NCBI RefSeq assembly: GCF_006345805.1
Contig: NC_043003.1
Span: forward strand, 69,378,001-69,442,000
DNA from: Octopus sinensis
Lineage: Eukaryota
Direction of reading: 5' to 3'
Length of the DNA stretch: 64,000 bases
Below, in pieces: positions 50,614 to 63,010 of the stretch (positions within the stretch are counted from its first letter, which is position 1; the number at the start of each line of letters is the position of its first letter). The translations under genes and the position numbers were made by a program. The notes under the pieces are model-generated. The model searched no databases and was not told the origin of the DNA. It saw nothing but the letters and a program-made list of their open reading frames with translations.

Positions 50614-50801
50614 ATAGGAAAAACAGAACGATGATGATTGTGTGTGTTTGTATAAAAACAAATTGTCTCTACAGTAATTGTGTGGGTGTGTGGGTGTCAG
50701 TAAATATATAAATCAAGGAATTTGGTTCTTTGGAAGTAGACTTGAGTTGTTTTACAGTTATGAGAATGAAGATTCATTGTAAATATCAAAGGGAACTATA
50801 C

Positions 50802-50903
50802 CTTGCGGTACTGTGTAGCTAACATGTAGTTATTTCCACCATATAAACTTCCCATGGTTACCATGTTGTCCACTAAACTCTCAATTGGTTTATACATCTC
50901 AAG
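50802..50903 (-). CDS. PLEKHA-like exon (LEMYKPIESLVDNMVTMGSLYGGNNYMLATQYRK)
   Basis: 102 nt, phase 0/0, ttgtag acceptor, gtatag donor. Confidence 0.9.
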
Positions 50904-51277
50904 CTACAAGAGAAGGAGAAAAAATAGAAATGCTTTAACAATGAAAATTCATGTGATTTTCTTTAATTCTAAGGACAATAAAATAAGAAATTAACAAGCC
51001 GTAGATTAAAAAGGAAAGTGAATAATTATTTGTGCTATAAGCACCAAGACTGAAATTTAGCGGGACGGAGCTAGTTGATTTCATTAACCCCCAGTACCTC
51101 ACTGGTACTTTATTTTATCAACCCCAAAAGGATGGAAGACAAAATTAAACTTGGTGGAATTTGAATTCAGAATGTAAAGCCAGGGGAAATGTTGCAAAGC
51201 ATGTTGTCTGGTATTGATTTTGTCCCCTTAAGAAAGCCCTAAAGAAAGTAAACAATAAATGTTATGTAATAACTCAC

Positions 51278-51374
51278 TTTGTTTTCGACATCATCGCACT
51301 GTCTCTTGAGCTCCATATAATGTCCATGTTTATCTTCAAGATGAAAGTCCAACACTGTATTATGTTCAGCAAGT
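51278..51374 (-). CDS. PLEKHA-like exon (LAEHNTVLDF...CDDVENK)
   Basis: 97 nt, phase 2/0, acag acceptor, gtgagt donor. Confidence 0.88.
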
Positions 51375-51417
51375 CTGTGTAAAGATATAGGATTAAATAT
51401 TTCCTTTGAAATGGTCA

Positions 51418-51628
51418 TTAACGCTTTAGCATTCAGATTACTCTTTCAAATGTAAGACTTATTTATTGTATTGAATTAATCATGGATTAACTTGTAGCAA
51501 TGATGTGGTTACTTACTTTTAGAATGACATTTTAGTGTAGGTATGAATGGCTGGACCTGGCCAGTTTGGACAAAAAACAGGTGGAATTTTGAGGCCAGAA
51601 ATGGCTGATTTAAATGCTAAATGTTTAA
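51418..51628. mobile_element. Second piggyBac-like MITE family (another copy at about 63110-63330)
   Basis: ttaacgctttagcatt...aatgctaaatgtttaa inverted ends. Confidence 0.6.
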
Positions 51629-51659
51629 TGAAGCAGTAAGTTGGTTTTCATAAAACAAA

Positions 51660-52030
51660 TAGCAATGAGCACTCAGAGAGTGCAAACCTCTGCCAAGGCA
51701 ATACCAACATCCTCCCAACGATTAGCCAGAGATGATTTTTAAAATGAGAATATCTGAAATAAATTTGACTGCTTTCACAAACAAAAAACTAAAAATGAAC
51801 CGGACCACGCTCAAAAATTAAGTTTAAAAAATAGAAAAATAATCCAGAATCCTTGTCTGGTACCAGATCGATCCCAAAATCTAATCAGTTCGTGCCAGTT
51901 ATGAGGCCAAACATTGTTGAAAGTTTCATCCGAATCCATCAAGCAGTTCTTGAGATATCTTGTCCACGGACAAACATACAAACAAACACAACTGAAAATG
52001 ATACCTCCAACTTCGCTAGGGCAGAGGTAA
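51660..52030 (-). mobile_element. HINE-like element
   Basis: Matches the 44130 family along its length. Confidence 0.55.
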
Positions 52031-52365
52031 TGATAGAACTAAGACATTGCAAGAACAAAACTAGGGTAATTATTCAGATTCAGTAATAAAATGTATGAGA
52101 TCTGTCAAAGCTGCAATATTTTTTACATTGCTCAGAGTCAGAAAAGAAGTTTCTAATGAAACAGTTTAATTAAAATCAGTTTCAGGAGTTAATTAACAGT
52201 AAGTTAGCATCTGATTCGTGAGCAGATGTGCAATGCAGTGACTGGGATTAAACAAACTTAAAACTAGTTCATATATGTTTGAGAAATATTTGAACCTGTA
52301 AAAGACTTTTCCCTGCAGTTTGTGTTGGAGGAAAAAATACTCCACAACAAGACAACAATGTTGTC

Positions 52366-52771
52366 ATGGCCAATACCAGTTCCACCTGACTGGCACCTGT
52401 GCCGTTCAATGTAAAAAGCACCATTCAATCGTGGTCATTGCCAATGCCACCTGACTGGCTCCCTTGCTAGTGGCACGTAAAAAGTACCCTTCAAGTGTGG
52501 TCGATGCCAGTGCTGCCTGACTGGCTCCCATGCCGGTGGCACGTAAAAAGTACCATTCAAGTATGGTCGATGCCAGTATCGCCTGACTGACCCTCGTGCC
52601 AGTGACACATATAAAAAAACCAACTACATTCTTGGAATGGTTGGCATTAGGAAGGGCATCCAGCTGTAGAAAATTGGAGCCTGGAACAGCCTTCTGGCTT
52701 GCCAGCCCCTAGTCAAACCGTCAAACCCATGCTAGCATGGAAGGTGGATGTTAAATGATGACGATGATGAT
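52366..52771 (+). mobile_element. RTE-tailed repeat with 12-bp TSD
   Basis: AACAATGTTGTC at 52354-52365 and 52772-52783; about 60-bp internal tandem subunits. Confidence 0.8.
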
Positions 52772-53177
52772 AACAATGTTGTCTGAACACCATTTTTTTA
52801 TTTAAATGAGAAATTTTTCTCTCTGACAAACTGAAGTGAAAAGTCTTTTAAGGGTTCAAATATATCTGAACTGGTTTTAAGTTTAACAACATCTGATGAA
52901 GATCAGAATCAGAGAAAAAGAAATGAAACCAAACAAAAATGTCATCATCATCCTCATTATCATTTAGTGTCCATTTTCCACGCTGGCATGGGTTGGACAG
53001 TTTGATAGGGGCTGGCAAACCACAGCGCAGCTACAGGCTCTAGTAGCTTATTTTGGCATGGTATCTATGGCTGGGATGCCCTTCCTAATGCCAACCACTT
53101 TAAAGAATATACTGGGTGTCTTTTATGTGGTGCCAGCACACAAAGGTATTGTTAGAATATAATCTCGAAATACTTAC

Positions 53178-53302
53178 TGTCGTTTGAATTCTTGTTCAAA
53201 AGGTCGAAGAGCCTCAATCTGTTCGCGCAGACTTACTCGATTCTTTTCAAATTTAGCTTTGTTACGTCGCAACTGAATAAGCAGTAAAACTAATTCTTCG
53301 TG
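53178..53302 (-). CDS. PLEKHA-like exon (HEELVLLLIQLRRNKAKFEK...EQEFKR)
   Basis: 125 nt, phase 0/2, tttcag acceptor, gtaagt donor. Confidence 0.92.
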
Positions 53303-53589
53303 CTGAAACAGAAAGAAAAGTTATATTTTTGAAAATTAATTTAGTCAAAGTAGGCTGGGGGGCAGCATTTGTGACATTTCTAGATGCTTCCAGAGTTGAG
53401 GTGAATGTGGTTGGTGATTAGTTTGAACTTCTGTAGGAAGCTTTGTATAAGAAAGAGAAAATGTGGGAAAAGAATGGTAAAGAGGATTGCAGTTTTGAGA
53501 TAAGAATGGATTGAGCAGAAGGATTTGTTTGTTGAAATGAGTAAAGTAGGAATGGTGCTGAAGAGAGAGATAGGGTGTAGGTGGTAAGG

Positions 53590-54200
53590 GGAAGCAGACT
53601 TAGGGACACAGAAGCCAATAGAGAGGGGAAGAAGAGGGTGGAGAAAGAAAGGGGGGAGGGAAGAGGGGAATTGAGGATGGTTGGAGAAGGAAGGAAGGTA
53701 AGAAAGATGGAGGGGAAGTGAGAGGAACAGGAGAGGCGAGTGGGGAGAACAGAGAGGGAGAAAAGAGGGGAAGAGAGAGGGGCGAAGATAGAGGGGGAAG
53801 AGAGTGGGGAGAAAGGGGGTAGAAGAGAGAGGGAAGAGAAGAGGGAGAGGGGAGAAAAGGGGAGAGGGACAAGAAGGGGAGGGGCGAAAAGAGAGAGATG
53901 GGGAGGAGATAGGGAGAGAGGAAGAAGAGGGAAGGGAGAGAAGAGGGAAAGGGGAAAAGAGAAAAGGAGAGAATAGAAAGAGAGAGAGGAGAAAGAGAGA
54001 GAAGAGAAACAGAGAGAGAGGAGAAAGAGAAAGAGGAGAAATAGAGAGAGGAGAAAGAGAGAGAGGAGAAAGAGAGAAGAAGAGAAAGGGAGAGGAGACA
54101 AGAAAATTGAAAGGGAGGGGAATAAGAGGATGAGAAGCAGGAAGTGGAAGAGGAAGGAGGAGAGAAGTGAGAGGGAGAGAAGAGGCAGGTGAAGATGGAA
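53590..54200 (+). repeat. Polypurine (GA-rich) low-complexity tract
   Basis: About 600 bp of nearly pure A/G. Confidence 0.95.
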
Positions 54201-56074
54201 ACGAAGATGAGGACGCCATTTCCTCTTGGCCAAAAATGTTTTCACTGAAGATTGGAAGTGAAGGACACTGCTTGCATGATGGTGATAGTTGTAAATAAGT
54301 TTCACTTACTGTCAAGGTAAGGAGACACTAATACGCACACACACATACACATACACACACACGATAGGTTTCTTTCAGTTCACTCATGTCCACTCACAAG
54401 GCTTTAGGTAAGCCCAGGGTTATAGCTGAAGATGCTTGCTCTATGTGCCATGCCATGAGACTGAACCCAATACCACATGATTGGAAAGCAAGCCACTCAC
54501 CACACAGCCACACACACAAACAACAAGCTTCAGCACAGTTTAATTCAGTTAAATCCCAGCCATGATGTGACTGCAGGTGAACCAAGGATTATAATAGATG
54601 TATGGCACCCAAGTGGGATTGAACTCACAATTGTATGATTTGTGGAGTGAACTTGTCCACCATACAGCCATGCCTGCACCTATGTATGAGAAGTTGCCCC
54701 TAAGACATGACCTGATATGGAAAGGTTAAGCATTTATAGCAAATTGGTGGGTCTTAAATATATATGGTGAACCCTGGTGATCAGTTATTGTAAGGGAGAT
54801 AATCATTTCTAGATAAATTTTGGTGGGATTAAGAGATTTAAGGAGATTAAGAGATTTAGAGAGATGGATAGAACACTCTATTATTCTTTTACGTGTTTGT
54901 CATTAAGAGGGAGGGAGGACGAAAGAGGAGAGGGAGGTGGAGGGCGAGGAGGGAGGGGCGGGCGAGGAGGGAGGTGGAAGGACTGCGGCCATGCTGGGGC
55001 ACCACTTTGAGGAATTTTAGTTAAACAAATCGACGCCAGTATTTATTTTTTTTAAGCCTAGTACTTATTCTATCAGTGTCTTTTGCCAAACCACTAAGTT
55101 ACAGGAATGTAAACACGCCACCACCAGTTGTCAAGTGGTTGCGGGGAACACAGAAACACACACATGCATACAACAGGCTTCTTTCACTTTCCACCAATCA
55201 AATCCACTCACAAGGCTTTGGTTGGCCCAAGGTTATACCACAAAAAAAAAAACTTGTCCGAAGGACCACAAATGGGACTGAACTCAAAACATTGAGGTTG
55301 GAAAGCCAACTTCTTACCACACAGCTATGCCTGGGCCTTTAATCTAATTTTTATTTTCTTTCGTTTACTCATTACAAAGAGCTTAAAATTTCTGGTCATA
55401 GGTGAGTTTTAGTTGTGTTAATAACACACAGGAAAAGTGCATTTGTTCAAAATTGTTATCTTTGATATGTGAAATAATTGGAACTGCTAGAGAAAATTCC
55501 GTTGTCATTCATGGATGCTTTCAAAGACTGTTCAATGGAAGTTGCACAAATTTAGTATGACATTTTAAAGTTAGCTCTGGACGGTATCTGGAAACAGAAG
55601 CTTACTAAATGATTGGCTATGACACTGCTTTTCTGCTGTGATACCTCTTCTATTGTTATATCTGAGAAAGCAGGTCATATCGATCACTGATCATCTTAAA
55701 AATGGTAAGCATGAAGAAGAGTTTGATAAATTAAGTTTCCGATATCTGATTCATACAACATAAACAAAACAGGAAAAAGAAAGTCATGATTTATTCAATT
55801 AGTATTAACAAAATTTAGAAATTCTAAGATTGCATTTGTGTTTACCCAATTATTGTCAGAGGTATTTCAGTTATGTAAAGGTACTTTTTGATTGATTCTA
55901 ATAAAATATTCAATACTGAGCAAAGTAAACTCTCTCAGTCACCAAACATAATCAAATATTTTCCCAATAAACGGGAAATTTTCATCCAACAGATAGAGGT
56001 TAACCTTAGAAAAGTTGAACTAGTGCAGACAAAATACCATTTAGTACTTCTTTAATCAAAGAAGTTATGTAAAT

Positions 56075-56870
56075 GAATGCATGTGTAGATGTTTGTGTGT
56101 ATATGAATAAGAGTGTGTGTGTGTGGTGTGTGTGTGTGTGTAAATGTTTGTATGTATATCAATAGGAGTATGTGTGTGTATATGAATAGGAGTATGTGTG
56201 TGTAAATGTTTGTATGTGTATCAACAGGAGTGTGTGTGTGTGTAAATGCTTGTGTGTATTTGAATAGATGTAGGTGTGTGTGTGTAAATGTTTGTATGTA
56301 TATGAATAGGAGTGTGTGTGTGCGCATGTGTAAATGGATGTGTGTATATCAATAGGAGTCTCTGTGTGTGTGTGTGTGTGTGAGATCATGGTTACATGTG
56401 CAAATATATGCATATGTGTATATGTGCATCCTTGTGAACATGTGCATAACTGAACATGTTCGTGACTGAATTGTGTGCATCTTTAAATATGCATGTGTAG
56501 GAATTTATGTGTGCATGCTTCAATGAGTAAATAAGAGTATGTGAATGTGTGTGTGTGTGTGTGTGTGTGCATCTATGTGTGTGAATGCATTTGAAAATGT
56601 GTGCAGATAAGTGCATGTAGGAATGTATAAATGTGAGTGTGCGTGTGTATGAAGATGAATGCCTGTAAGTAAATCGGAAAGGTGAAAGTGTGCATGCATG
56701 CAAGTGGGTGCATATGTGTGTGGTTGCTTGTGAATGCATGTGGATGTGTGTGAATGCATGTGGGTGGATGTGATTGTGTGAGGGCATGTGTGAATGTGTG
56801 TGGGTGCATGTGGGTATGTGTGAATGCATGGTGTTGTGTATGTGTGAGTGAGTGAATATGTAGATGTAAG
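56075..56870 (+). repeat. Degenerate (GT/AT)n microsatellite-minisatellite region
   Basis: Repeating tgtgtgtaaatgtttgtatgtatatgaataggag-type units. Confidence 0.9.
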
Positions 56871-57205
56871 TAAATGGAGATCTCCAGCAAAAGATCATGG
56901 ACCAGATAAATCTTAAATAAATTCCATTGCTGCTTTCACAACTTCAGGGTCAAATAATAGACAGGGAGCTGACATCCAAAAACAAAAGAAATTCACGATT
57001 ATTCCTTTCAGACATAAAACAGAATTTATCAAACCCTACCAGGAATTCCGACAGAACAGAAAGTTTGCGTGATTTTACAGGAATGAATCAGCAAAAGAAA
57101 GAAGAAAACATTTCTACAGGAATACGTGGTTAACAAGACATGAACAACACAATGTATATTGCTGAAAAATTCCTGAATAATTTTATGAAGAAAACAGATA
57201 CTTAC

Positions 57206-57295
57206 CGTTTTACCAAGCAGATCATCAGCACTAATACTCATTCTTAGTCTTGCTGTGTTGGCTTTCAGTTTAGCGATTACTGGCCGGGTTGTCTG
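57206..57295 (-). CDS. PLEKHA-like exon (QTTRPVIAKLKANTARLRMSISADDLLGKT)
   Basis: 90 nt, phase 0/0, CAGCAG tandem acceptor, gtaagt donor, conserved motif. Confidence 0.9.
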
Positions 57296-59130
57296 CTGCA
57301 AACACAAACAGTATGGAAAGTTACAGTTATTTCACTATCTCGCTTATTGGCGATTACTGTTAATAAAGGGTTTTAGACATTACTGCTTCTTTCATTTGCT
57401 ATTTTCATTTATTTTAGTTGAAGTGAACTGAAATACTTTCTCAGTTGCATACCTCCACCTTTTTAATTTACAGGAGAAACCTCTAGCATGAACAAGACTG
57501 GTATTTCAAACTATTATTTACGCTTGCTGTGATAAACACAAAGCTGCTGTTTGACAGCAACTTTCTGTCAAAATTGTGTGCCATTCAAACTGTAAAGCTA
57601 ATAGTCTTATAACAAAACTAAATAACATGATTTCCCCTCTATCCACACACTAAAAATTCAACAGAGAAGAAGGAATCAGGTTTTTGTTTTAACAATCATC
57701 ATCATCATTTTATTTCTTTTATACGTTTCAGTGCTGAGGCCATACTGGGGCACACTATCCACTTTTCTATGCTGGGTTAAGGTAATATTTCCTCATGACC
57801 AGGCATGTTTTAGCACAAGATTGGGAATGAATGGACACAGCATGCAAGAGAGTGACACTCACCACAACTGTCTTGCAATGTCAAGACAAACAGACAAACG
57901 TATAGACCACCTTAAATAATTTTTAGTCAAATGACTCAACCCTAATACTTTTTTCTTTTTCAAGTCTGACACTTATTCTATCAAAATGCTGAAACTACCA
58001 GACTAGGGCCCCATTAGTGGGTGCAGTTTTAAAACTATACCCAGAACAACCAGAAACAACAGAGTGTCAGTATCTAGTAATGTGCATATTTTAAGTTAAT
58101 ATGCCATGCAAAAAGCACCTGAGCTGGCACCATGTAAAATGCACCTAGTACACTATAAAATGGTTGGCATTCAGAGGGGCATCCAGCCGTAGAAACCATG
58201 CTGAAACAGACAGTTGAAGCCTGATGCAGCTCTCCAACTTGCCAGCTTTCGTTGAACCATCCAACCCATGCCAGCATGGAAAACAGATGTTAAACGACGA
58301 TGATGATACTGATTGATCTCACTTGACTTAAAAATAACATAACTCCAAACGTAAACTGAATGATTCCATCAATCAGCCCCATCCACTTGAGGGAAGAGGT
58401 TAATAAGAACGGACTCCAAAAACTTCAGAGAGAAGGAAAGAAAATCTATAAAGAGCATTTCAATAGAGGTTTCTTGGAGAGTAATCGTTTTCTGAATATT
58501 TCCAAATATAATTTAAGAAGAAAAGAAAAAAAGATTTACTTTAATTTAAAAATAAAAATATTTATATAAACTGAATCTGAAAGCATAAAAGAGTGCTCAA
58601 AGACGACCTGCATAGATTCATAGGATGAAAATTCATTTTATCTTAATATTCAATTTTGCTCACTCATATGGTTGAGGTAGGTATGTGGTAGAAGCTATTA
58701 TGTAACTCAATAGTGCAGCAATTGGATGTATTTATTTCAAGGTAGTTTGTTAAAGAAATATTTTCTGTTAAATGTCATTACAAGAGCCAATTACAATATA
58801 CCATGCCAAGCAATAACATTATTGCTTAGACTTCTTTGGATAACTAAAATGAAATTAAAAGAATGACATTTTCCTAATAGCATAGAAACCTCATTTAAAT
58901 TAATAACAAAAACAAAAAATTTCTTAAAGATCATTTTAGTGCAAACTTATATTTTCCCATATTGATTATTGAAAGAGAGAAAAAAAAAAAAGAAAACTTA
59001 TTTGTTCTGTTTCTTATTGATTTTTCAAAGAACATTCTGCTTTAAATCTGCACAAATCTGCTTTATATTACAGCTGTGTTAGTTCCAAAATATATAAAGT
59101 AAATAAAACGAAATCAGCAAATTTCCTTAC

Positions 59131-59264
59131 TATAACATCTTCGTCTGGCATGTCAGGATCTTCTTTAACAGTACTCATGTTCCTCTTTAGACGAGTGTTC
59201 CTGTTGTACACAGGAGTTATGGTCTCACTTTGCAAAGCTGGTTGCATGTAGCTAATGTTGTCTT
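59131..59264 (-). CDS. PLEKHA-like exon (DNISYMQPALQS...DPDMPDEDVI)
   Basis: ttacag acceptor, gtaagg donor, 134 nt, open frame ending in phase 0 to match the next exon. Confidence 0.75.
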
Positions 59265-59704
59265 CTGTAATATTGATAAAAAAGAAAAGTTAGCACAGAA
59301 TATAAAACATAGGTGCCACGTAGTGAGACTGAACCTGGAACCACATGGTTGCAAAGTAAATTTCATAACACAGCAATGCTTGAACATATAAGGTAAATAA
59401 AAACAACAAAACAAAAAAACCCAAAATGTTGCATTCACAGCAATCAATGGGTGGAGTGACAAGGTGCTGAATTTAAGGCAAGCCTGGCCAACAAAAATTA
59501 CATTGCAGGCCACTTTAATCACAAAGTTTTTTGAGGACTGCTTGTAAACTTTATGCACTAAATAGTCAAATAATCAAGTTACAGAATCAAAATTTTTTCA
59601 TACTTTTCGTTTGTTTAAAATCATAAAATTGTAGGCTATTGCTTTATTGCCACTTACAAATTTTATTTTGAAACAAATGTTTTACACATGCAATTTTATT
59701 TTGA

Positions 59705-60240
59705 AACTAGCTGAGGTACCCAGTAAAAAATTACCATTAATAAGATGACTGTTTATAGCCATGAAACATTTTTTGTCAAATTTCGCCATTTTTCAAAACT
59801 TTTAAATCTACTTATAATAATGGGTAGGACCAATTTGATGGAAAAAATGATCAGAGTAGCGAACCCGTGTTGTTCAAAACTTGAAACGTTGGGAAATTAA
59901 AACAATGAATTGAAATACTAAGTTTTAGCAAATCAAAACAATTCACATTGAAATGAAGAATTAGCAAATGCTAAATAGATTACCATTAATAAACTGTCTG
60001 TTTATCCCCATGAAACATTTTTCATAAAATTTCGGCATTTTTCGTCAAATTGATGTAACTATGGCTAGTGCAAAAAATGCCGAAATATTACAATTTTAAA
60101 AAAAAACGATTTATTAAAAATTCCAAGTGTGTAAGTGACCGCATTGGGCATAAGCCCCACACATGTGCCAAGTTTCATGAAGGCCTATTGGATAGTCGCA
60201 GAGGATTTAAAGTAACAAATTCACATTTATTATTATAAAT
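59705..60240. mobile_element. Helitron/Helentron-like non-autonomous element
   Basis: aactagc start, internal ~60-bp direct repeat (about 59730 and 59980), gtgccaagtttcatga motif near the end. Confidence 0.4.
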
Positions 60241-61164
60241 TAAACACAAAACTTAAAGAAAGTATCAAATGAGCTTCAGGTTTGCCAGCCCTCATATAGG
60301 GTCTCAAAGACAAGAGATCACAAGATGAAAAGAAATGATAATACTGTCTTGTAGATCAGCAGATCTACAATACTTGCTAGCATAGAGGTAAAAAAAAAAG
60401 AAACTGATATTCTTTGCTACCCTAGGCACAAGGCCCGAAATTTTGGGGGTACTTATTTATCAACCCTGAAAGGACGAGAGGCAAAGTTGACCTCGGCGGA
60501 ATTTGAACTCACAAAAAAACTGATATTAAGACAATGATGATGTTTAGGATTTGAATTTAATAACATTAACATAATTAAAATTTAAAAAAAACACTAAAAA
60601 GTCAATTAATTATAATTAACAAACTCCTCTTTTGTACAAATCAATCTAATGTGCCATAAATACAATTTTCAATGCACACAACTGTATTTATACTAATAAA
60701 AGAATCGCAGGAATTATTTTGGGTGCTGACATTTGCTTTCCTATTCTTTTATTTGTTTTGGTTATTTGATTGCAGCCATGCTGGAGTACTGCCTTTAGTT
60801 GAAAATTATCAACCTCTGGACTTATTCTTCGTAAGCCTAGTGCTTATTCTATCGGTCTCTTTGGCCGAACCGCTAAATTACAGGGACATAAACACACCAA
60901 CATTGGATGTCAAGCGATGGTAGGAGGACACAGATACATAAACATACATACATATACAATGGGCTCCTTTCAGGTTCCATCTACCAAATCCACTCACAAA
61001 GCTTTGGTCATTCTATAGTAGAAGACACTTAGCCAAGGTGTCATGCAGTGGGACTGAACTTGAAACCATGTGGTTGGTAAGCAAGCTATTTGCCACACAG
61101 CTACTCCGGCAGCTATGTTTGTAGGCTAATAATTTTCAGAAATTGGTTTGGAAAACTTAAATTT

Positions 61165-61322
61165 GGGGCAGGAATGGCGCAGGCTTGGCGGGAAAGGCAC
61201 AGGCTTGGCGAGGGACAGCGCGGGCTTGGCGGGGATGGCACGGGCTTGGCAGGAACAGCACAAACTTGGCGGAAATGGTACAAACTTTGCAGGAAAGGCA
61301 TAAACTTGGCAGGAATGGCACC
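61165..61322 (+). repeat. GC-rich 20-21 bp minisatellite, about 8 units
   Basis: ggcac(a/g)ggcttggc(a/g)gga(a/t) units. Confidence 0.9.
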
Positions 61323-61693
61323 AGAGTGGCTGTGTGGTTAACAATCCCGTTTTGAAAATCTGTAGATTTTGGTTTAGTTGCAATGAGTGGCACCTTGAGT
61401 AAGTGTCTCTTACTATAACCCTAGACCAACCAATATCTTGTGAGTAAATTTGGAAAAAAAGAAACCACGTGGAAGTCCCCCCACCTACACACACAAATAT
61501 CTTTTATCTTTTACTTGTCTCAGTCATTAGATTGTGGCAATGCTGGAGCACCACTTTTAGTCGAATGAATCAACCCCCAGTTCTTATTTCCTGCTTCAGC
61601 CTGGTGCTTATTTTATCAGCACCTTTTGCTGAACTGTTAAGCTATGAGGATATAAGCATACCAGCACCAGTAATCAAGTGGGGGGGGTGCAAA

Positions 61694-61761
<68 letters not shown>

Positions 61762-62888
61762 TGTTCCCTCTCTACCGCTTGACAACCAGTGTTGGTTTGT
61801 TTACGTTGCTGGAACTTAGCAGTTCACCAAAACAAGCCGATAGAATAAGTACCAGATTTGTAAAAACAGCACAACAAATGGGCTTGGTCTGTTTGACTAA
61901 ACTCTTCAAAGGCAGTGCTCCAGCATGGCCGCAGTCAAATGACTGAAACAAGTAAAAGGTATTTTGATCCAGAGAGTACTTTCTCGTTTAGTAATCATTC
62001 TGAAAGCAAAAATGATATTTAGGTATTCCACCATGCCCTCCCTGAAGGGCAGTGGTGGCCAATTCCTCTGATATGAAAATATTTACCCAGTGTTGCAGGC
62101 CTTTCTTTAAACATCAGGGTTAAATAAATAAGCTGTCAATCAAGACTGAATCTTAAGTATGATAGGAAATAGGATCTGTCACCTCTGTTTTTGTGTCATG
62201 GCAGATGGCAACTACAATGAGCCAACTTCAACAGCCTCTCCATGGTCACAGAACCTGCTAGACCTAGCAGCTGAATCTTTCTCAAATCATCCCTTACTAT
62301 GAGTCAGGTTTGGAGCCTCAACATAGTTTGATCAACCTACTAGAAATAGCAGCCAAACATGCTATAAATTGCATTCTGCCATTGAAAATAAGAAAAGGAC
62401 ACATTAGATAATGTAAACTCGGATGTACCTAAAAAGCCAAAATGGACACAAGTGGAATGCCTTTGATCATTAATATGCTCAATGTGGGCTTACTTGGGGT
62501 TAAACAACTACAAACAGTAGATATTTCATTATTTCCAAGAGTATTTAGTCAAAGCAATCATCCTGGATTTGTTAGATTTTTATAGACAGAAGAAAATCCA
62601 AGATTTTAAATAATTGCCAGTGCTCTAGCAGAAGAGACACTTCAAAAACTTGTAAATAAATTTTAAAAATTAAAACCAAATTTTTGATGGTTCACTTCTT
62701 TTGGTTTTTTTTTTTTGGTTTTTTTTTTTTTTGCATTCACAATTTAAAGGTAAATCAGACAAAGAGATATAATTTATTCTCTCTCGAATCTGAATTAAAA
62801 TATTTCTCAGTTTAAAATTCTAAAACTAAATAGAAAAACTATTACCTCAAAATCTCTGAACAAGAAACATACAGCAAACGTACTTTAG

Positions 62889-63010
62889 AGTAAAGTGGCA
62901 GTCCTGATTAGGACAAATGTTACTGCTACTTAGCCCCAGGAAAACATCTTGGGGATGCTTTCCTGGGGCTAAATAGTAATATTCATCCTAATCAGGACTG
63001 CCACTTTACT
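62889..63010. repeat. Inverted repeat (about 58-bp arms)
   Basis: agtaaagtggcagtcctgattagga / tcctaatcaggactgccactttact. Confidence 0.85.

Larger units (their letters stand above)
9008..59264 (-). other. Multi-exon gene, 5'-incomplete: PLEKHA5/6/7-like (kramer-like) PH-domain family coiled-coil protein
   Basis: 18 consecutive GT-AG exons splice in frame. Motifs RMSISADDLLGKTHEELVLLLIQLRR, YYETDLD, ADDNTKRFFG, TVRDVKR and KVLIPERY...EKSERIRKVL resemble the PLEKHA5/6/7-kramer family (from recall). No PH domain in the window. Confidence 0.8.

Noticed and set aside
53380-54315. 311-aa and 295-aa ORFs
   Set aside because: Products of the GA-rich low-complexity tract; no real protein signature.
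55606-55661. Possible 56-nt minus-strand cassette exon
   Set aside because: Good splice sites, but an immediate stop in the required phase; at most a poison exon, with no supporting evidence.
56052-56898. His/Thr-rich ORFs
   Set aside because: Translations of (CA)n-type microsatellite.
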